A DNA stretch of 64,000 bases from Trypanosoma brucei (taxonomy: Eukaryota), in NCBI GenBank assembly GCA_000002445.1, contig CM000208.1:672001-736000 (forward strand). The letters are read 5' to 3'. This document shows positions 18,566 to 29,188 of this stretch, in pieces. The position numbers and the translations under genes were made by a program. The first letter of the stretch is position 1, and each line of letters opens with the position of its first letter. The notes under the pieces were generated by a model. It was given only the letters and a program-made list of their open reading frames with translations. It ran no database searches and was not told the DNA's origin.

Positions 18566-20293
18566 ATGTACCTTCCCAAACAACCGGTGAAGGTGAAGGA
18601 AAGCCCCTTTGCTGTCCAAAAGTCGCGACGCTTTATCGCGGCTACTGGCGTAGCCGCTTTCGTCACAACTGCTGTTGCTTCGTATTTCACACTTGAAAAG
18701 GTGCGTGAGAGGCAGCGGAGGCCGGATGGGGTGTTGCTTCAGCATAGGAATGGGAAACGAGTTGTCATCGTCGGTGCTGGCGCCGCTGGCTGTGCCTTGG
18801 CTGCCAGTATCACAAGTGCGTGTCCGGATGTTCACGTCACGGTAATTGAGCGGGAAAAGAAGCATGTGTTTCACGCTGTGGTTCCTCTTGCCCACGTTGG
18901 CCACCGAAGTTACGATCTAAACACAACAGGCGGTGTCGATTTCCTTCGCTCCCCAGCCACGTGGAATGTGACACGTGAGGCCGCCCTCGTCCGTGGTGAG
19001 GTGCTACGTGTTGATACCACTAAAAACGAGGTTGTCGTGCGTGAGGATCAGGAGGCACTTACCGTAACGGCGAGGGCGGAAACGAGCGAGCAACCGTCGA
19101 AGAATGTGTTAACTTGGCCTATGGGCCTACCCTCATGGCTTCTTGGGGCGTCGCTGCCTCCGGTCAATGAGCATCGCTACCCGTACGACGTTTTAGTCCT
19201 TGCTTGCGGTGCCGCACGGAGTCTCGGACCCCTTCAGAAGTTCCTAACAGGAGAGCAAGTGGATCGTTACCGTATTGCTGTGAACCCTGGTATTACGCGT
19301 GACTGCTTGGTGCATCTCTACAAGGGAACGGTGCTACACGTTAAGGTGCCGCCGACGTCGTTTGCGGAGGGCGCGACTGGGGTTCGTTCAATTTCGACGA
19401 TGCGCTACGTATCGAGACAACACGATGGTACGTTTATCGGTACTGTAAATACCGTGTGGCGCTACCTCTTCTTCTTCAACAAGCAAAAATTTTGTCCGTA
19501 CATGGCAGTGACTGCGGACCGCGGTCCTAGTGATGCTCTTCCAATCGAGGTTAACGAAAGGGTTATGGACTTCTGGAAGCAACGTAGTGTAAACTTCATG
19601 CCGTGCACGTATATCACGCACCTGGACCCCCGTCGCAGCGAAGCCACATTGTACAACTACCAAACGCAACAAAAACAGGTGGTTAATTACCAGTTGCTTC
19701 TGCTGGACTTACCGCTTGTTGCGCCAGAATTTATTCGTAAGAGTGGACTGAGCCGATCGGAAGCTGCCGAAGGATTTGCCGAAGTGAATCCTCACACTTT
19801 GCAGCATGTCAACCACGCGAATATATTTGCTATCGGCGATTGTGCGGCATTGCCCACGGTGAAAAGCTACGGGGCCGTTTTTGCTCAGGTGCCGGTGGTA
19901 AGTCACAACGTACAACAACAGCTTTTGCACGGTGCTCATGGGACGGGTGAGATGTCAAACGCTGCCGTACGGTCTCGCTTTGCGCGTTACGACGGCTACT
20001 CATCGTTTCATATCGTTATGACAACTTGGCGTGCGATGTGGCCTGAGATGACATACGGTGACTGGAGGGATAATTTGAGTTTCCCCACTATCACAGATGC
20101 TCCTCTTTCGCTGACCAATAACCACATTTGGGACAACTTGGCTTGGGCTGACGTCCGCGGGTTTTTGAACGCAGTTTATTATCAATGGTTTTTGTACGAA
20201 GTGATGTTCTATTTTGTGTTTACGCGCGGTGCATGGTACCCACCGAAGTGGTTTTCCGTGCCGAGCTTTGGCGATGATGGAACTATGTTGTAA
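18566..20293 (+). CDS. Sulfide:quinone oxidoreductase-like FAD-dependent pyridine-nucleotide-disulfide oxidoreductase. It has an N-terminal hydrophobic/targeting segment and a Trp/Tyr/Phe-rich C-terminal tail.
   Basis: First ATG at 18566; the track start at 18539 is TTG. The Rossmann motif VVIVGAGAAGCALA aligns with human SQRDL, and so do EREKKHVFHAVVP~SERHFYQPIW, NIFAIGDCAALPTVKSYGAVFAQ~[23 protein letters not shown] and YDGYSSFHIV~YDGYTSCPLV. Confidence 0.75.
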   Translation: MYLPKQPVKVKESPFAVQKSRRFIAATGVAAFVTTAVASYFTLEKVRERQRRPDGVLLQHRNGKRVVIVGAGAAGCALAASITSACPDVHVTVIEREKKHVFHAVVPLAHVGHRSYDLNTTGGVDFLRSPATWNVTREAALVRGEVLRVDTTKNEVVVREDQEALTVTARAETSEQPSKNVLTWPMGLPSWLLGASLPPVNEHRYPYDVLVLACGAARSLGPLQKFLTGEQVDRYRIAVNPGITRDCLVHLYKGTVLHVKVPPTSFAEGATGVRSISTMRYVSRQHDGTFIGTVNTVWRYLFFFNKQKFCPYMAVTADRGPSDALPIEVNERVMDFWKQRSVNFMPCTYITHLDPRRSEATLYNYQTQQKQVVNYQLLLLDLPLVAPEFIRKSGLSRSEAAEGFAEVNPHTLQHVNHANIFAIGDCAALPTVKSYGAVFAQVPVVSHNVQQQLLHGAHGTGEMSNAAVRSRFARYDGYSSFHIVMTTWRAMWPEMTYGDWRDNLSFPTITDAPLSLTNNHIWDNLAWADVRGFLNAVYYQWFLYEVMFYFVFTRGAWYPPKWFSVPSFGDDGTML

Positions 20294-20541
20294 TTGTCGA
20301 GTTGGGAATCTGTTGAGGGAACGTTTGTGCGAACGAGATCCGCTTATGCCTCTACATATGCTACAGACACGCGAATGCAAATACAAATTGGTAAGTAAAA
20401 GTAGGCGTCTCGATCGCAGGAGCGTTTCTTCCCTACGTTTAGTGGTTGGTAACTTTTCCCTACCAGTCATCACTCTTAGCGTGGCCTATGCCGCCGCATC
20501 TCACATTCCAGTTAGTCTTCCCTTCCTCCTTTATCTTTCAC

Positions 20542-20556
20542 ATATATATATATATA
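20542..20556. repeat. (AT)n microsatellite.
   Basis: atatatatatatata in the intergenic region before MON1. Confidence 0.85.
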
Positions 20557-20750
20557 CGTGCTAGCAAGAAGGCGTGCCTTATCCAAGGGCAAAAGAGAGA
20601 AAAGACCAGGAAGGAAAAGCATACAACTTAAGTAAGGAGGAAAACGAAAAAAAAAAACATCCTTTAGCGTATACATATATTATACATATAAATTCATCTA
20701 TTCGAAGAACTTTGGTTTAAACAAAAAAAAACGGGAGTTTTATATGTGCA

Positions 20751-22763
20751 ATGATGAACTTAGGAGAAACTCTTGACACTGGCAGTGCAGACGGTCGTCC
20801 TGGTCCCAGTCCGACTTTATCTGTCGGCAGCGGTGTCACACCAGCACCGTTGAATTCCTCAACCGTCCACTTGACAAGGACTGTGGACAGCGAATTAGGC
20901 GACACTAATATCGGCTATGACATCGCTGTTTCTCCCTTAAATGCGGAGACTGAGTCTCTTGCAACTCGCCGACCCTCAGCGTTGGACATCTTTCCGCCTG
21001 CAGGACTAAACCGCACAGACGACGGAAAGCCGTCGTCTTCCCATCCTGCCTCGAAACCTTATGTCACCGGCGGTGACGAAGGTAAAAAGCAATCTGAATG
21101 TTGGGATGCAGATGAAAACTTCCTCCTCAAACACACAAAGCACGTGTTTATTCTGACGAGTGCAGGAAAACCCATCTTTTCCCGTTACGGTAATGAGAAC
21201 ACAATCAGTGAACTATTCGGTGTGTTTCAGGTACTTATCACTATGGCACAGCAGAAGCAGGATGGAGGGACGTTGCATTGGATCAATGCTGCTGATCTGA
21301 CTATTTACTTTCACGTGGATGGTGGACTTTACTATGTTCTGGTAACTCGTGGTGGAGAGTCACCATACAGTTGCAGACGTCAACTGAAACAACTTCATTA
21401 CCAATTGCTAAGCTTAGTACCCAACGTCAACGACATACTTTCGAGATGCCCATCGTACGATCTTCGTCGTCTGGTTTCGTCTACCGATGGGGGTGTACTG
21501 CGGCAACTAATAAAACGAAATAGCAGGGAGGAGTGTTATATGTTTCGCTGCCTCGCTGCTTCACCATTGTCTGTCGCAAGCAGATGTCATTTGACATCTA
21601 TTCTAACTCAGCACTATCGCAGTGGTTTTAGCAAGGGAGATATCAGCAGTGAAGGAGGTGTGGCGGCTGATTGCCACTTGTTTAGTTTTTTTTTCTTCAG
21701 GGGTCGTGTCGTCTGCATGGTTGGTTTAGCTGATGGCAAGGTATCTCTGCACATAGACGACACTCTTATCCTGTTAAACTTTGTCCGCTGCCTTCCTCTT
21801 TCGCAAGTGGGTGAGATATGGGCCCCGCTTTGCCTCCCGCGGTACAATGACACCGGCTATTTGTGGTGCTACTGTACTGATATGGGTGCTATGGTAAACG
21901 AGTTGGACTCTAGCGAGAGTGGATATGTGGCAAAAGACGACCATCATGGGGTAGAAAAACCGACTGCAAAGGAGCCATTTGCCGAGACGAAGCGCAGTGA
22001 GCTCTTGTTAGTACAAGTTGCGAGTAGCCAACTGGCTTTTGCGCCCCTTTCGATGCAGGCGCATTGCATAGCTCAGATGTTGCAAACATCATTCACTCCG
22101 CTAATCGATGAGTTGGAGGCTAGAGAAAACATACCGCTTTCACTCGCCCTACCAAACGTAGTAGCGCAGCGTCAACAGGAGGTGCACGAGAAAATTAGTA
22201 GGCTGCTTACAAGGGCAGAACAGCAATATCCTGAATGTCTTCCGTCTGCTTCACACGCACCCTCTTCGCTTCAATTACCCCCGGTACCTGTGCACCCATA
22301 TGGATTGCAGTGGTTTGCATTGATCCTTAAGCAACCATCAAACGTCATATATAGTGAGCCTTCACCTGCTATGAAGTTGGATCCTCGGTTGAAGAAGCGC
22401 CAACTACGCTTACTTGTGAGGCTACGTTACGAGCTTGCTCTTCGCACAAACCAGAATGAACAACTGCTTGTTTTGAACACAGAGGAGGTCAACGTGGTTG
22501 TTATGAAACCTACTCCTAATTTGCTTACGTCTCTTGTGCAACAGTTTGGATCAAGGGATGAGTGCGTTAACAATGTTTCCCTTTCCAGTGGAAATGCCAC
22601 GGCGTTGTGTAGTCATCTTCAGGAGTTGCTGCTTCTATTCTCTCCGCACGTGCCGAAGCACCAGATGCTACTTTGTGCTGTGAGTGTTGCGGTGGGTGTG
22701 ATGGCTCGTGAGTGTGAGTTATCTTTACAGCAACCCCGTAGCAGCAAGTCGAGGGTGTGGTGA
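20751..22763 (+). CDS. MON1: MON1 / SAND-family vacuolar fusion protein with a longin domain.
   Basis: 670-aa ORF starting at an ATG. KHVFILTSAGKPIFSRYGNENTISELFGVFQVLI and the following ...YYVLVTRGGESPYSCRRQLKQLHYQLLSLV segment match the MON1 longin-domain consensus (KH.F.LS.AGKPIYSRYG.E..LS...GV..A..S; ...LAQELLYIHNQILSLL). Confidence 0.8.
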   Translation: MMNLGETLDTGSADGRPGPSPTLSVGSGVTPAPLNSSTVHLTRTVDSELGDTNIGYDIAVSPLNAETESLATRRPSALDIFPPAGLNRTDDGKPSSSHPASKPYVTGGDEGKKQSECWDADENFLLKHTKHVFILTSAGKPIFSRYGNENTISELFGVFQVLITMAQQKQDGGTLHWINAADLTIYFHVDGGLYYVLVTRGGESPYSCRRQLKQLHYQLLSLVPNVNDILSRCPSYDLRRLVSSTDGGVLRQLIKRNSREECYMFRCLAASPLSVASRCHLTSILTQHYRSGFSKGDISSEGGVAADCHLFSFFFFRGRVVCMVGLADGKVSLHIDDTLILLNFVRCLPLSQVGEIWAPLCLPRYNDTGYLWCYCTDMGAMVNELDSSESGYVAKDDHHGVEKPTAKEPFAETKRSELLLVQVASSQLAFAPLSMQAHCIAQMLQTSFTPLIDELEARENIPLSLALPNVVAQRQQEVHEKISRLLTRAEQQYPECLPSASHAPSSLQLPPVPVHPYGLQWFALILKQPSNVIYSEPSPAMKLDPRLKKRQLRLLVRLRYELALRTNQNEQLLVLNTEEVNVVVMKPTPNLLTSLVQQFGSRDECVNNVSLSSGNATALCSHLQELLLLFSPHVPKHQMLLCAVSVAVGVMARECELSLQQPRSSKSRVW

Positions 22764-23039
22764 ACCAATGGGTGGAAAAGCGAAAAAGTAAGTGAAGGGT
22801 GAAGGAGGTTTTTGTTTTTTAAATTTCCTTCCGCTCCCCCTGAAAGGCCCTTCTTCTACACCTCCTCACCTTCCCTCATTCCCTTTTTCATTCCCTCTGT
22901 GTGAACTCTACCTCCTTGTTTATCAAATATTCTGTGCGTATTTAACGTCTTTTTTGTTTAATGCGCTTATCTTCGTCTTCTTTGTTGTGACATTTGCCTT
23001 TGTTTGCATCACACTAAACTGATCTTTAACTCCACCCTT

Positions 23040-23100
23040 GTGGTTCACTGTTTTTTCCACCCACGTACTCATTATTTATTTATTTTTTCTGCGAAATAAA
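23040..23100 (+). promoter_or_regulatory. Polypyrimidine tract upstream of the RRP9 start; candidate trans-splice acceptor region.
   Basis: ttttttccacccacgtactcattatttatttattttttctgcg, followed by AG dinucleotides ~30 nt before the ATG at 23131. Confidence 0.4.
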
Positions 23101-23130
23101 CGAACGACGTAACGGCTCAGTGTTTGGACT

Positions 23131-25221
23131 ATGCTTGCCAAGAAGAGGGCCGAGAGGCAACATGCCATTACAGCTACCGCTGGTGGGGAACGTAAGAAGG
23201 AACTGCAGAAACTGAAGCGCCGTCGCGAAGAGTCGAATGAAGAGGCGAAAAGGGATGGTCGGAGCAGTGAAAGGAAGCATCGACTGTCGGGCAGTGAAAG
23301 ATTATCAGAAGATCCGATGCTCCTCTCAGCTGAAGACCCCACCTCGGTATTGCGCGCGATTGGTGACCATGTGAACACCCGGTTGAAAGAACTAGACTTT
23401 GATGATGATATCGACGCTGATCTCTTTGATGAAAGGCAACGGCAGCTGCGCGAGGAGGCAGAACTTGCGGCCGGGACGAGGAGTCGTCTGTTGGCCTCCC
23501 ATATCGCTGAATTTCTTCACAAGCAACAAAAAAAAGGGACGATCGAATCTGAGAAAGTTGAAAGCCCATCGGCAACGGACGTCAGTGCTGTGTTTGTAGC
23601 TCACAACAGCAACGCCGTTACGGCAGTATGCAGTCTGGGCAACGAGATTGTGTTTCTCGGTGACAAAACGGGGGCTGTGTATTTTGTTGAGCTGAGAGAT
23701 AATGCGGGTAGCACAAGAAAGGAACTACTGTCCCCTTGCCTCTCCGCTGCAGTACTTTCAATTGCGGTATCGGACACTCGCGGTGTGCGGCCTTCTCAGC
23801 GCACTCTTTTTGAGCGAACTACTGCTGACGTTAGTGTTACATCATATGTGGCAGTAGGAGCGGCGGACGGTACCATTGGCATCTGGGTTACGGATACCAG
23901 ACGCCACTTGGGAACTCTGACAATGCATCGCTCCGCAGTAACTGGTCTCGCATTTCGTAACGATACACTTTACAGCGGGGGCTACGATGAGGCACTGCGG
24001 GTGTGGGCATTACCGCAGATGTCGTGCGAGGACAAGCTTTTTGGCCACACAGGTCGCGTGTTCGGTCTTCACTGTCTACGACGTGAGCGCTGCGCCACTG
24101 TTGGTGATGACGGTACGATGCGCTTCTGGAAAGTGGACGCTGCCACACAGCAGGAGTTCACTGCGAGTGCTCACTTCGGCGGAAAAGTGGTGCTTGAGTG
24201 CGTCGTGATGATGAATGACTTTATAGTCCTTTGCGGTGCTGCAAATGGAGCCCTCCTTGTTTTTGATGTGGGGAAGCGGAAGCCTGTGGCGGTGCGGGAG
24301 GGGGCCCACGGCTACGGTTTTGTCGGCGACGGGACTGGTCTTGAGAGCGAAGCAATTGCCATGCGACAGAAGTTAGACGGAAGTGTGGTCTCAGAGACGA
24401 GAATCCCCAACCCGATCACAGCTGTTGCTGCCATTCCATATTCGGATACGGCGGCGAGCGCTAGCTATGACGGTGTTGTGCGTCTCTGGCGTGTTGGCGC
24501 CGCATCTGAAAGCAGTGGAAAAACAGGCACAGGGAGCGGTGTACCTGCTACACCAGTTGTGCAACCGAGTTCACTGGACTGCCTTGCCTCCATCCCTGTC
24601 CGGGCTATCGTCACCTCACTGTATTTTCCTCCCACCAGTGATGTGCTATTAATCGCCTGCAGTAAGGAGCCGCGGCTCGGTCGATGGGTTGTGCAGCGGA
24701 GCGCATTGAACTCCGTGTACGTTGTGCCGCTGAACCAGGAAACACGTTTTAAATTGTCGTCTCGAGGGCGCGTCGAACACCTTCCCACTTTATTGTACGG
24801 CATTGACAATGATGGGGCATCCGATGAGGCAGATAGGATGGAAGACGCCACAGAGGGTCTTAGTGACGCGGGTGGTAGAGGTGGTTCATATCGATCTCAT
24901 GATGAAGTGGGGAATGGCGGCGAAGAAGGCGATGATGGTACTGAAACAGACAACAGCACTGGTATGTTTACTGTTGGTGAGGAGGGTCAGATGAAGTTTA
25001 GCATGCCCATGAGTAATGGTGACAGATATCACGGTACGAAGAAGAAGTCCAAAAAGAGGACGCCAGGTGCGAAAGGTGAAGTTTGTGCCCCCAAAACTTC
25101 TTCCAAACGCTCCAGTACTGAAGCCGCAGAGGAAGAACGGCGAAAAAGAAAGAAAAAAAAGGACAAGAAGAAAGGAGCAGGAGGAGGGAAACACAGCACT
25201 GCTGGCGAAGAGGATAAGTAA
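23131..25221 (+). CDS. RRP9: U3 snoRNP protein Rrp9 / U3-55K (WD40) with a basic N-terminus and a Lys-rich C-terminal tail.
   Basis: 696-aa ORF starting at an ATG. The WD40 core aligns with human RRP9: TMHRSAVTGLAFRNDTLYSGGYDEALRVWAL...GHTGRVFGLHCLRRERCATVGDDGTMRFWKV~TGHRDAVSGLAFRRGTHQLYSTSHDRSVKVWNV...GHQDAVAALDALSRECCVTAGGRDGTVRVWKI, and PRLGRWVVQRSALNSVYVVPL~HRLGRWWRIKEARNSVCIIPL. Confidence 0.85.
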   Translation: MLAKKRAERQHAITATAGGERKKELQKLKRRREESNEEAKRDGRSSERKHRLSGSERLSEDPMLLSAEDPTSVLRAIGDHVNTRLKELDFDDDIDADLFDERQRQLREEAELAAGTRSRLLASHIAEFLHKQQKKGTIESEKVESPSATDVSAVFVAHNSNAVTAVCSLGNEIVFLGDKTGAVYFVELRDNAGSTRKELLSPCLSAAVLSIAVSDTRGVRPSQRTLFERTTADVSVTSYVAVGAADGTIGIWVTDTRRHLGTLTMHRSAVTGLAFRNDTLYSGGYDEALRVWALPQMSCEDKLFGHTGRVFGLHCLRRERCATVGDDGTMRFWKVDAATQQEFTASAHFGGKVVLECVVMMNDFIVLCGAANGALLVFDVGKRKPVAVREGAHGYGFVGDGTGLESEAIAMRQKLDGSVVSETRIPNPITAVAAIPYSDTAASASYDGVVRLWRVGAASESSGKTGTGSGVPATPVVQPSSLDCLASIPVRAIVTSLYFPPTSDVLLIACSKEPRLGRWVVQRSALNSVYVVPLNQETRFKLSSRGRVEHLPTLLYGIDNDGASDEADRMEDATEGLSDAGGRGGSYRSHDEVGNGGEEGDDGTETDNSTGMFTVGEEGQMKFSMPMSNGDRYHGTKKKSKKRTPGAKGEVCAPKTSSKRSSTEAAEEERRKRKKKKDKKKGAGGGKHSTAGEEDK

Positions 25222-26116
25222 GCGCGAGTGCATCTCACGAGTGAAGGAAGTGTCTTGTGCCGCGAACTCAAATTCCCTTCTTCTTCTTCCGCTCCTCCTC
25301 TTGGAGATCACTTGTTCCCTTGTCTGCCGTACGGAGCCTAGTTCCCCGCCGTTTTAATTTTTTAATATTTGATTCTGCTCTCCAAATATCAGTGAGGATG
25401 GACGGGAAAGAGCGGTGTTTTTTGAGATCAAGTGGTATTTGCATGAACGAGCAAGCGAACGAAATCGCGCAAGCACACAACCCGTGTACACGTGGGCGTG
25501 TTCAGTCTTCGGGTACGTTTTTGTGCAACGGGGAAGAGACGACAGTATTAACAGAGGGAGGGCGGGGTAGGGTAGTTGAAGCAAAACAATAACAATAATA
25601 GTAACCACGATTTTTATTCGCGCTTAATGTGGTGCACGCACATGATGAGTATTTGGTCGATGTAGACAACGTGTGCAACCGATGTTTGAGGTGGGGAAAG
25701 AAACTTTGATGTTAGGGTGTGTTTCTGCGTTCACACATGCCTGCGCTGACTGAATTTGTCCTCGGGTCACTAACTCTCTCACGGTACCTCACTCTCAGCT
25801 ATGGGTTGCTGCCGCTTCGGTTCGACACTTATCAACGGTGTGTTGGCATCTCTCTAACTTTTTTTCCAGTCCTACTCTCCACGCTCCCTGGCCCTATTTC
25901 TCTACCTTCCGTCTACTGGGGGTTTCCAGTGCATTTTCCTGACTTCTTTTTTTTTTTTGCCACTTATCCTGTCTATGATGACGATTTAACGTTCTGCTTT
26001 TTCTTTTTCTTTTCTCTTTTTCGTTTTCCTCATTATACACTTCCACATGATACTTCCATTGAAGCACACTTCCCGCGTTCCGTTTTTGTGGTGCCGGAGG
26101 GTCTCATCTTACTTAC

Positions 26117-27838
26117 ATGAGTTGCGCTGGATCCACAAATGGTGCGGACGCTTGCTCTGCGGTTGCCTCTAACTATTCCGCTTGTGACGTTCGATCAAGC
26201 AAGCGACCGAAACGAAAGGTGGCGATTATATTCGGCTACATTGGCGAGCGGTACTGTGGACTGCAATGGAACCACCTACCGAATTACCCAACAGTTGAGG
26301 AGGAATTACTGCGTGCTCTGCACCGTGCTGACATGATATCTGAGGAGAACTACGCGCAACAAAAGGTTCAGCAGAAACTTAACTGGGAGCGTGCCAGTCG
26401 CACCGACAAGGGTGTTCACGCCCTGCGCAATGTGATCTCGCTTAACGTGATGCTACCGTATGCAAAGGACTCAACGAGCGAGTTTGATGTGGGCGAAGCG
26501 AGGCGGTTACTGACGGAGGCGCTTCCGAGTGATATCGTCGTGTATGAAATTATTCCAGTAACGAGGAGCTTCAATGCGTACATGATGTGTGGGTCCCGCA
26601 AATATGAGTACTACCTTCCAACATTTGCATTTATGAATAGCGAGGAGTACTCCAACATATACTTCCCACCATCTCTCGCGCCCTCAAGACCCACGCTGGA
26701 AGAGGTAGGTTTTTTGGGCACTAAAACAGCAGGGGGTGCAGCAACAAATGCCAACGGTAACGGTAACGATGCCACGGCGGGAAGTAAAAGACAGCGGCTT
26801 TGCGAAAAAGAAGGTGGAAACAGCAATGGTGAGGTGACTGCATGTTGCACTGAACAAAATAATCTGGAAGGAAATACCTCTCAAACATGTCAGCGGTCAG
26901 ACACCATTGACGATACGGGCGGTGGTAACAACAACGGTGGTGATAGCCCGCAAAAGTTTCACGACGGACTGTTTGAGAAGATGTTAGTGTTTCACACAAT
27001 TCCTGAGAGCGCGATGCAGGTAGTGGCTCGTTACCGCGTGACACCACAGCGCTTGGAACACGCGCGAAATATCTTCAAACTTTTTGAAGGTACCCACTCG
27101 TACCACAACTTCACACCGGGAGGAAAGGCGAGTGATCCCTCATCTGCGCGTTACATCACCAGCGTCACAGTTAGTGAGCCGTTTGTTGTGGACCCTTCTG
27201 ATGACGCCATGTTATCAGCACTTCAGTTGTGGGCTCCTTCGCGCTACTATTCTCCTGATGATGAAAGGTTAGTTTCAGGGGAAGTGAAAGATGACGATGA
27301 AGTCGAACAAGAAAGAGAACGTATGCGTGAACGTATGATTCGCATTTACGGCACCCCTGCCGCTGAGGGAACGGGTGATATTAACAGGAACATGGGAGAC
27401 AGAAATCGTGTTGGTCTCGAGGTTGTGCGCATTGAATTGAGCGGCCAGAGCTTTTTATTTAATCAAATACGCAAAATGATCGGCACTGTTGCTTCTATGT
27501 GCGCTGCTGGCTTACCACCGGATTACCTGCGTGATCATTTCTTGAACAAGGCAGTTCGATGCGGCACACCAATGGTGCCTGCGAATGGTCTTTTTCTGAC
27601 GTATTTGGACTTTCAGAGGTACAACTATCGGTTGGATCGAATTCAACTCGAGGGGGAAAATGGAAAAGGGAAGGGTGGTATTTATGTGGACCGTGTGGAC
27701 GAGCAGGCGGTAGAAACTTTTCGACGGAAAATTGTAGCTGTTGTGCTGCGTAACGAAATGGTCACCGACGCCATAGGGCGGTGGATGCGGTCGTTGCGCC
27801 ACGTGATGAGATTAGCGTGTAAGATTGAGTTGCCGTAA
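26117..27838 (+). CDS. tRNA pseudouridine synthase of the TruA/Pus1 family, with long low-complexity insertions.
   Basis: 573-aa ORF starting at an ATG. The N-terminal KRKVAIIFGYIGERYCGLQ matches the family, and the catalytic motif RTDKGVHA carries the TruA catalytic Asp. Gly/Asn-rich and acidic inserts lie between the conserved blocks. Confidence 0.8.
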   Translation: MSCAGSTNGADACSAVASNYSACDVRSSKRPKRKVAIIFGYIGERYCGLQWNHLPNYPTVEEELLRALHRADMISEENYAQQKVQQKLNWERASRTDKGVHALRNVISLNVMLPYAKDSTSEFDVGEARRLLTEALPSDIVVYEIIPVTRSFNAYMMCGSRKYEYYLPTFAFMNSEEYSNIYFPPSLAPSRPTLEEVGFLGTKTAGGAATNANGNGNDATAGSKRQRLCEKEGGNSNGEVTACCTEQNNLEGNTSQTCQRSDTIDDTGGGNNNGGDSPQKFHDGLFEKMLVFHTIPESAMQVVARYRVTPQRLEHARNIFKLFEGTHSYHNFTPGGKASDPSSARYITSVTVSEPFVVDPSDDAMLSALQLWAPSRYYSPDDERLVSGEVKDDDEVEQERERMRERMIRIYGTPAAEGTGDINRNMGDRNRVGLEVVRIELSGQSFLFNQIRKMIGTVASMCAAGLPPDYLRDHFLNKAVRCGTPMVPANGLFLTYLDFQRYNYRLDRIQLEGENGKGKGGIYVDRVDEQAVETFRRKIVAVVLRNEMVTDAIGRWMRSLRHVMRLACKIELP

Positions 27839-28012
27839 CAGAGAGGGTGTTATGGTGTCTTTCGTTCTCACCATTTCACCGCGTTGTCCAAATAAAGGGA
27901 GGGCATATTACTTGACTCCTTCCGCGTCGTCTTCTCTGTTATCTCTCTTTTTTAAAAAAAAAAATAACTTCACACATCTGCACGTATTTTTGCTTTTCGT
28001 CTTTTCGTGTGC

Positions 28013-28032
28013 TGTGTGTGTGTGGGGGGGGG
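28013..28032. repeat. (TG)n followed by a G10 run.
   Basis: tgtgtgtgtgtgtgggggggggg in the intergenic region before the START-domain gene. Confidence 0.85.
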
Positions 28033-28303
28033 ACCCCTGTCAATCTTTGATTGACCCCCTGTTTTGTTTTGTCTGTTGCCATTTGTTTCCTTTCCCAACC
28101 AATCAAAGAGGTAAAGTTGAAGAGCAAGTAGGGAAGCGAAGTGACACCCTTTGTGGCGGCAGCAAAAACTAGACCGTTAAACGAAAACATATACGCGCGT
28201 TCAGTTGCTGATATTCCCATTGCGGTTGTGAGTGTGTGAACACGGTAAAATAATACGTACTGTGAAGGTTTTATTTACCTGCAACTCGTCGCTTCCTGAT
28301 AGG

Positions 28304-29188
28304 ATGTGGGACGTCGTAAGCCGCGTTGGAAAAGCGGCTTACCGCACCGCTGCGTTGACTGGTCTAGCTGCTGGTACGGAGCAACCGCCATATCCCTGTG
28401 CGCTTCCGTTAAAAACTGTGAGCAGCGATAGTGACGTTGATTCCATGAGAGAAGTGCTTAACAGCGCCTTTGATGCTTCAAAAGACATGTTGGAAAACAA
28501 TGGGGAGCACCAGTGGCAACTTGTGGATTATGTGGACCCTGAGGAAGGAGGCGACTTGCATTTGTTTACTCGTCCACGAGTTGGACCTTTTAACTTCGTC
28601 AAAGCCACCCTGTCCTTCATGGGTGTTTCACCACAGAATGTGCTGGACACGATGCACAGCGACAACGCCGATGACCGCAAACGATACTCCGCAAATCTCT
28701 CCCACTTTGAAGTGTTGGCCAAACCCATGGCTGGGTGCGCCATAGAGTTACACAAGTATTGGGCACCACCGCCCGTGGCTGGCCGCGAGTTTGTCTTCGC
28801 TGCGGAGAAGAAATATGTTGAGAGTGAGAATGTGTACTATGTGCATGGCTGTAGCATCGACTACACCCCACAGATGGAAACCTCAAAAGGCTTTGTCCGT
28901 GCAGCTTGCTTGTGGGCATGGAAACTGATGCCTGTGGGTGACAACACCTTGGCAACTTATGTGAGTTGTATGAACCCCCGCGGGTGGACGCCACCGTTTA
29001 TTTTCGGTTGGCTGAAGTCGGAGATTGGAAAAGAACTTGTTGCTTGCCGCCGTGTGTTGTATGGTGAAACCGTCAAAGTTGAACGAACCACGCTTCAAGG
29101 CATGGGCCTATCAGACGAGGTGAACAATTTGACAGACGAGGAGCGAAAAAGGATGTCAGAGGGGGAACCCCAACCCGAGGCCTCTTAA
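28304..29188 (+). CDS. START (StAR-related lipid-transfer) domain protein.
   Basis: First ATG at 28304; the track start at 28232 is GTG. The central region (W..V.....G..L......G.......A......V...M...D...RY..........L..H.......RE.V...........Y....S.......SKGFVRA......W.........T.......P.GW.P) has the START-domain spacing of conserved residues. Confidence 0.6.
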   Translation: MWDVVSRVGKAAYRTAALTGLAAGTEQPPYPCALPLKTVSSDSDVDSMREVLNSAFDASKDMLENNGEHQWQLVDYVDPEEGGDLHLFTRPRVGPFNFVKATLSFMGVSPQNVLDTMHSDNADDRKRYSANLSHFEVLAKPMAGCAIELHKYWAPPPVAGREFVFAAEKKYVESENVYYVHGCSIDYTPQMETSKGFVRAACLWAWKLMPVGDNTLATYVSCMNPRGWTPPFIFGWLKSEIGKELVACRRVLYGETVKVERTTLQGMGLSDEVNNLTDEERKRMSEGEPQPEAS

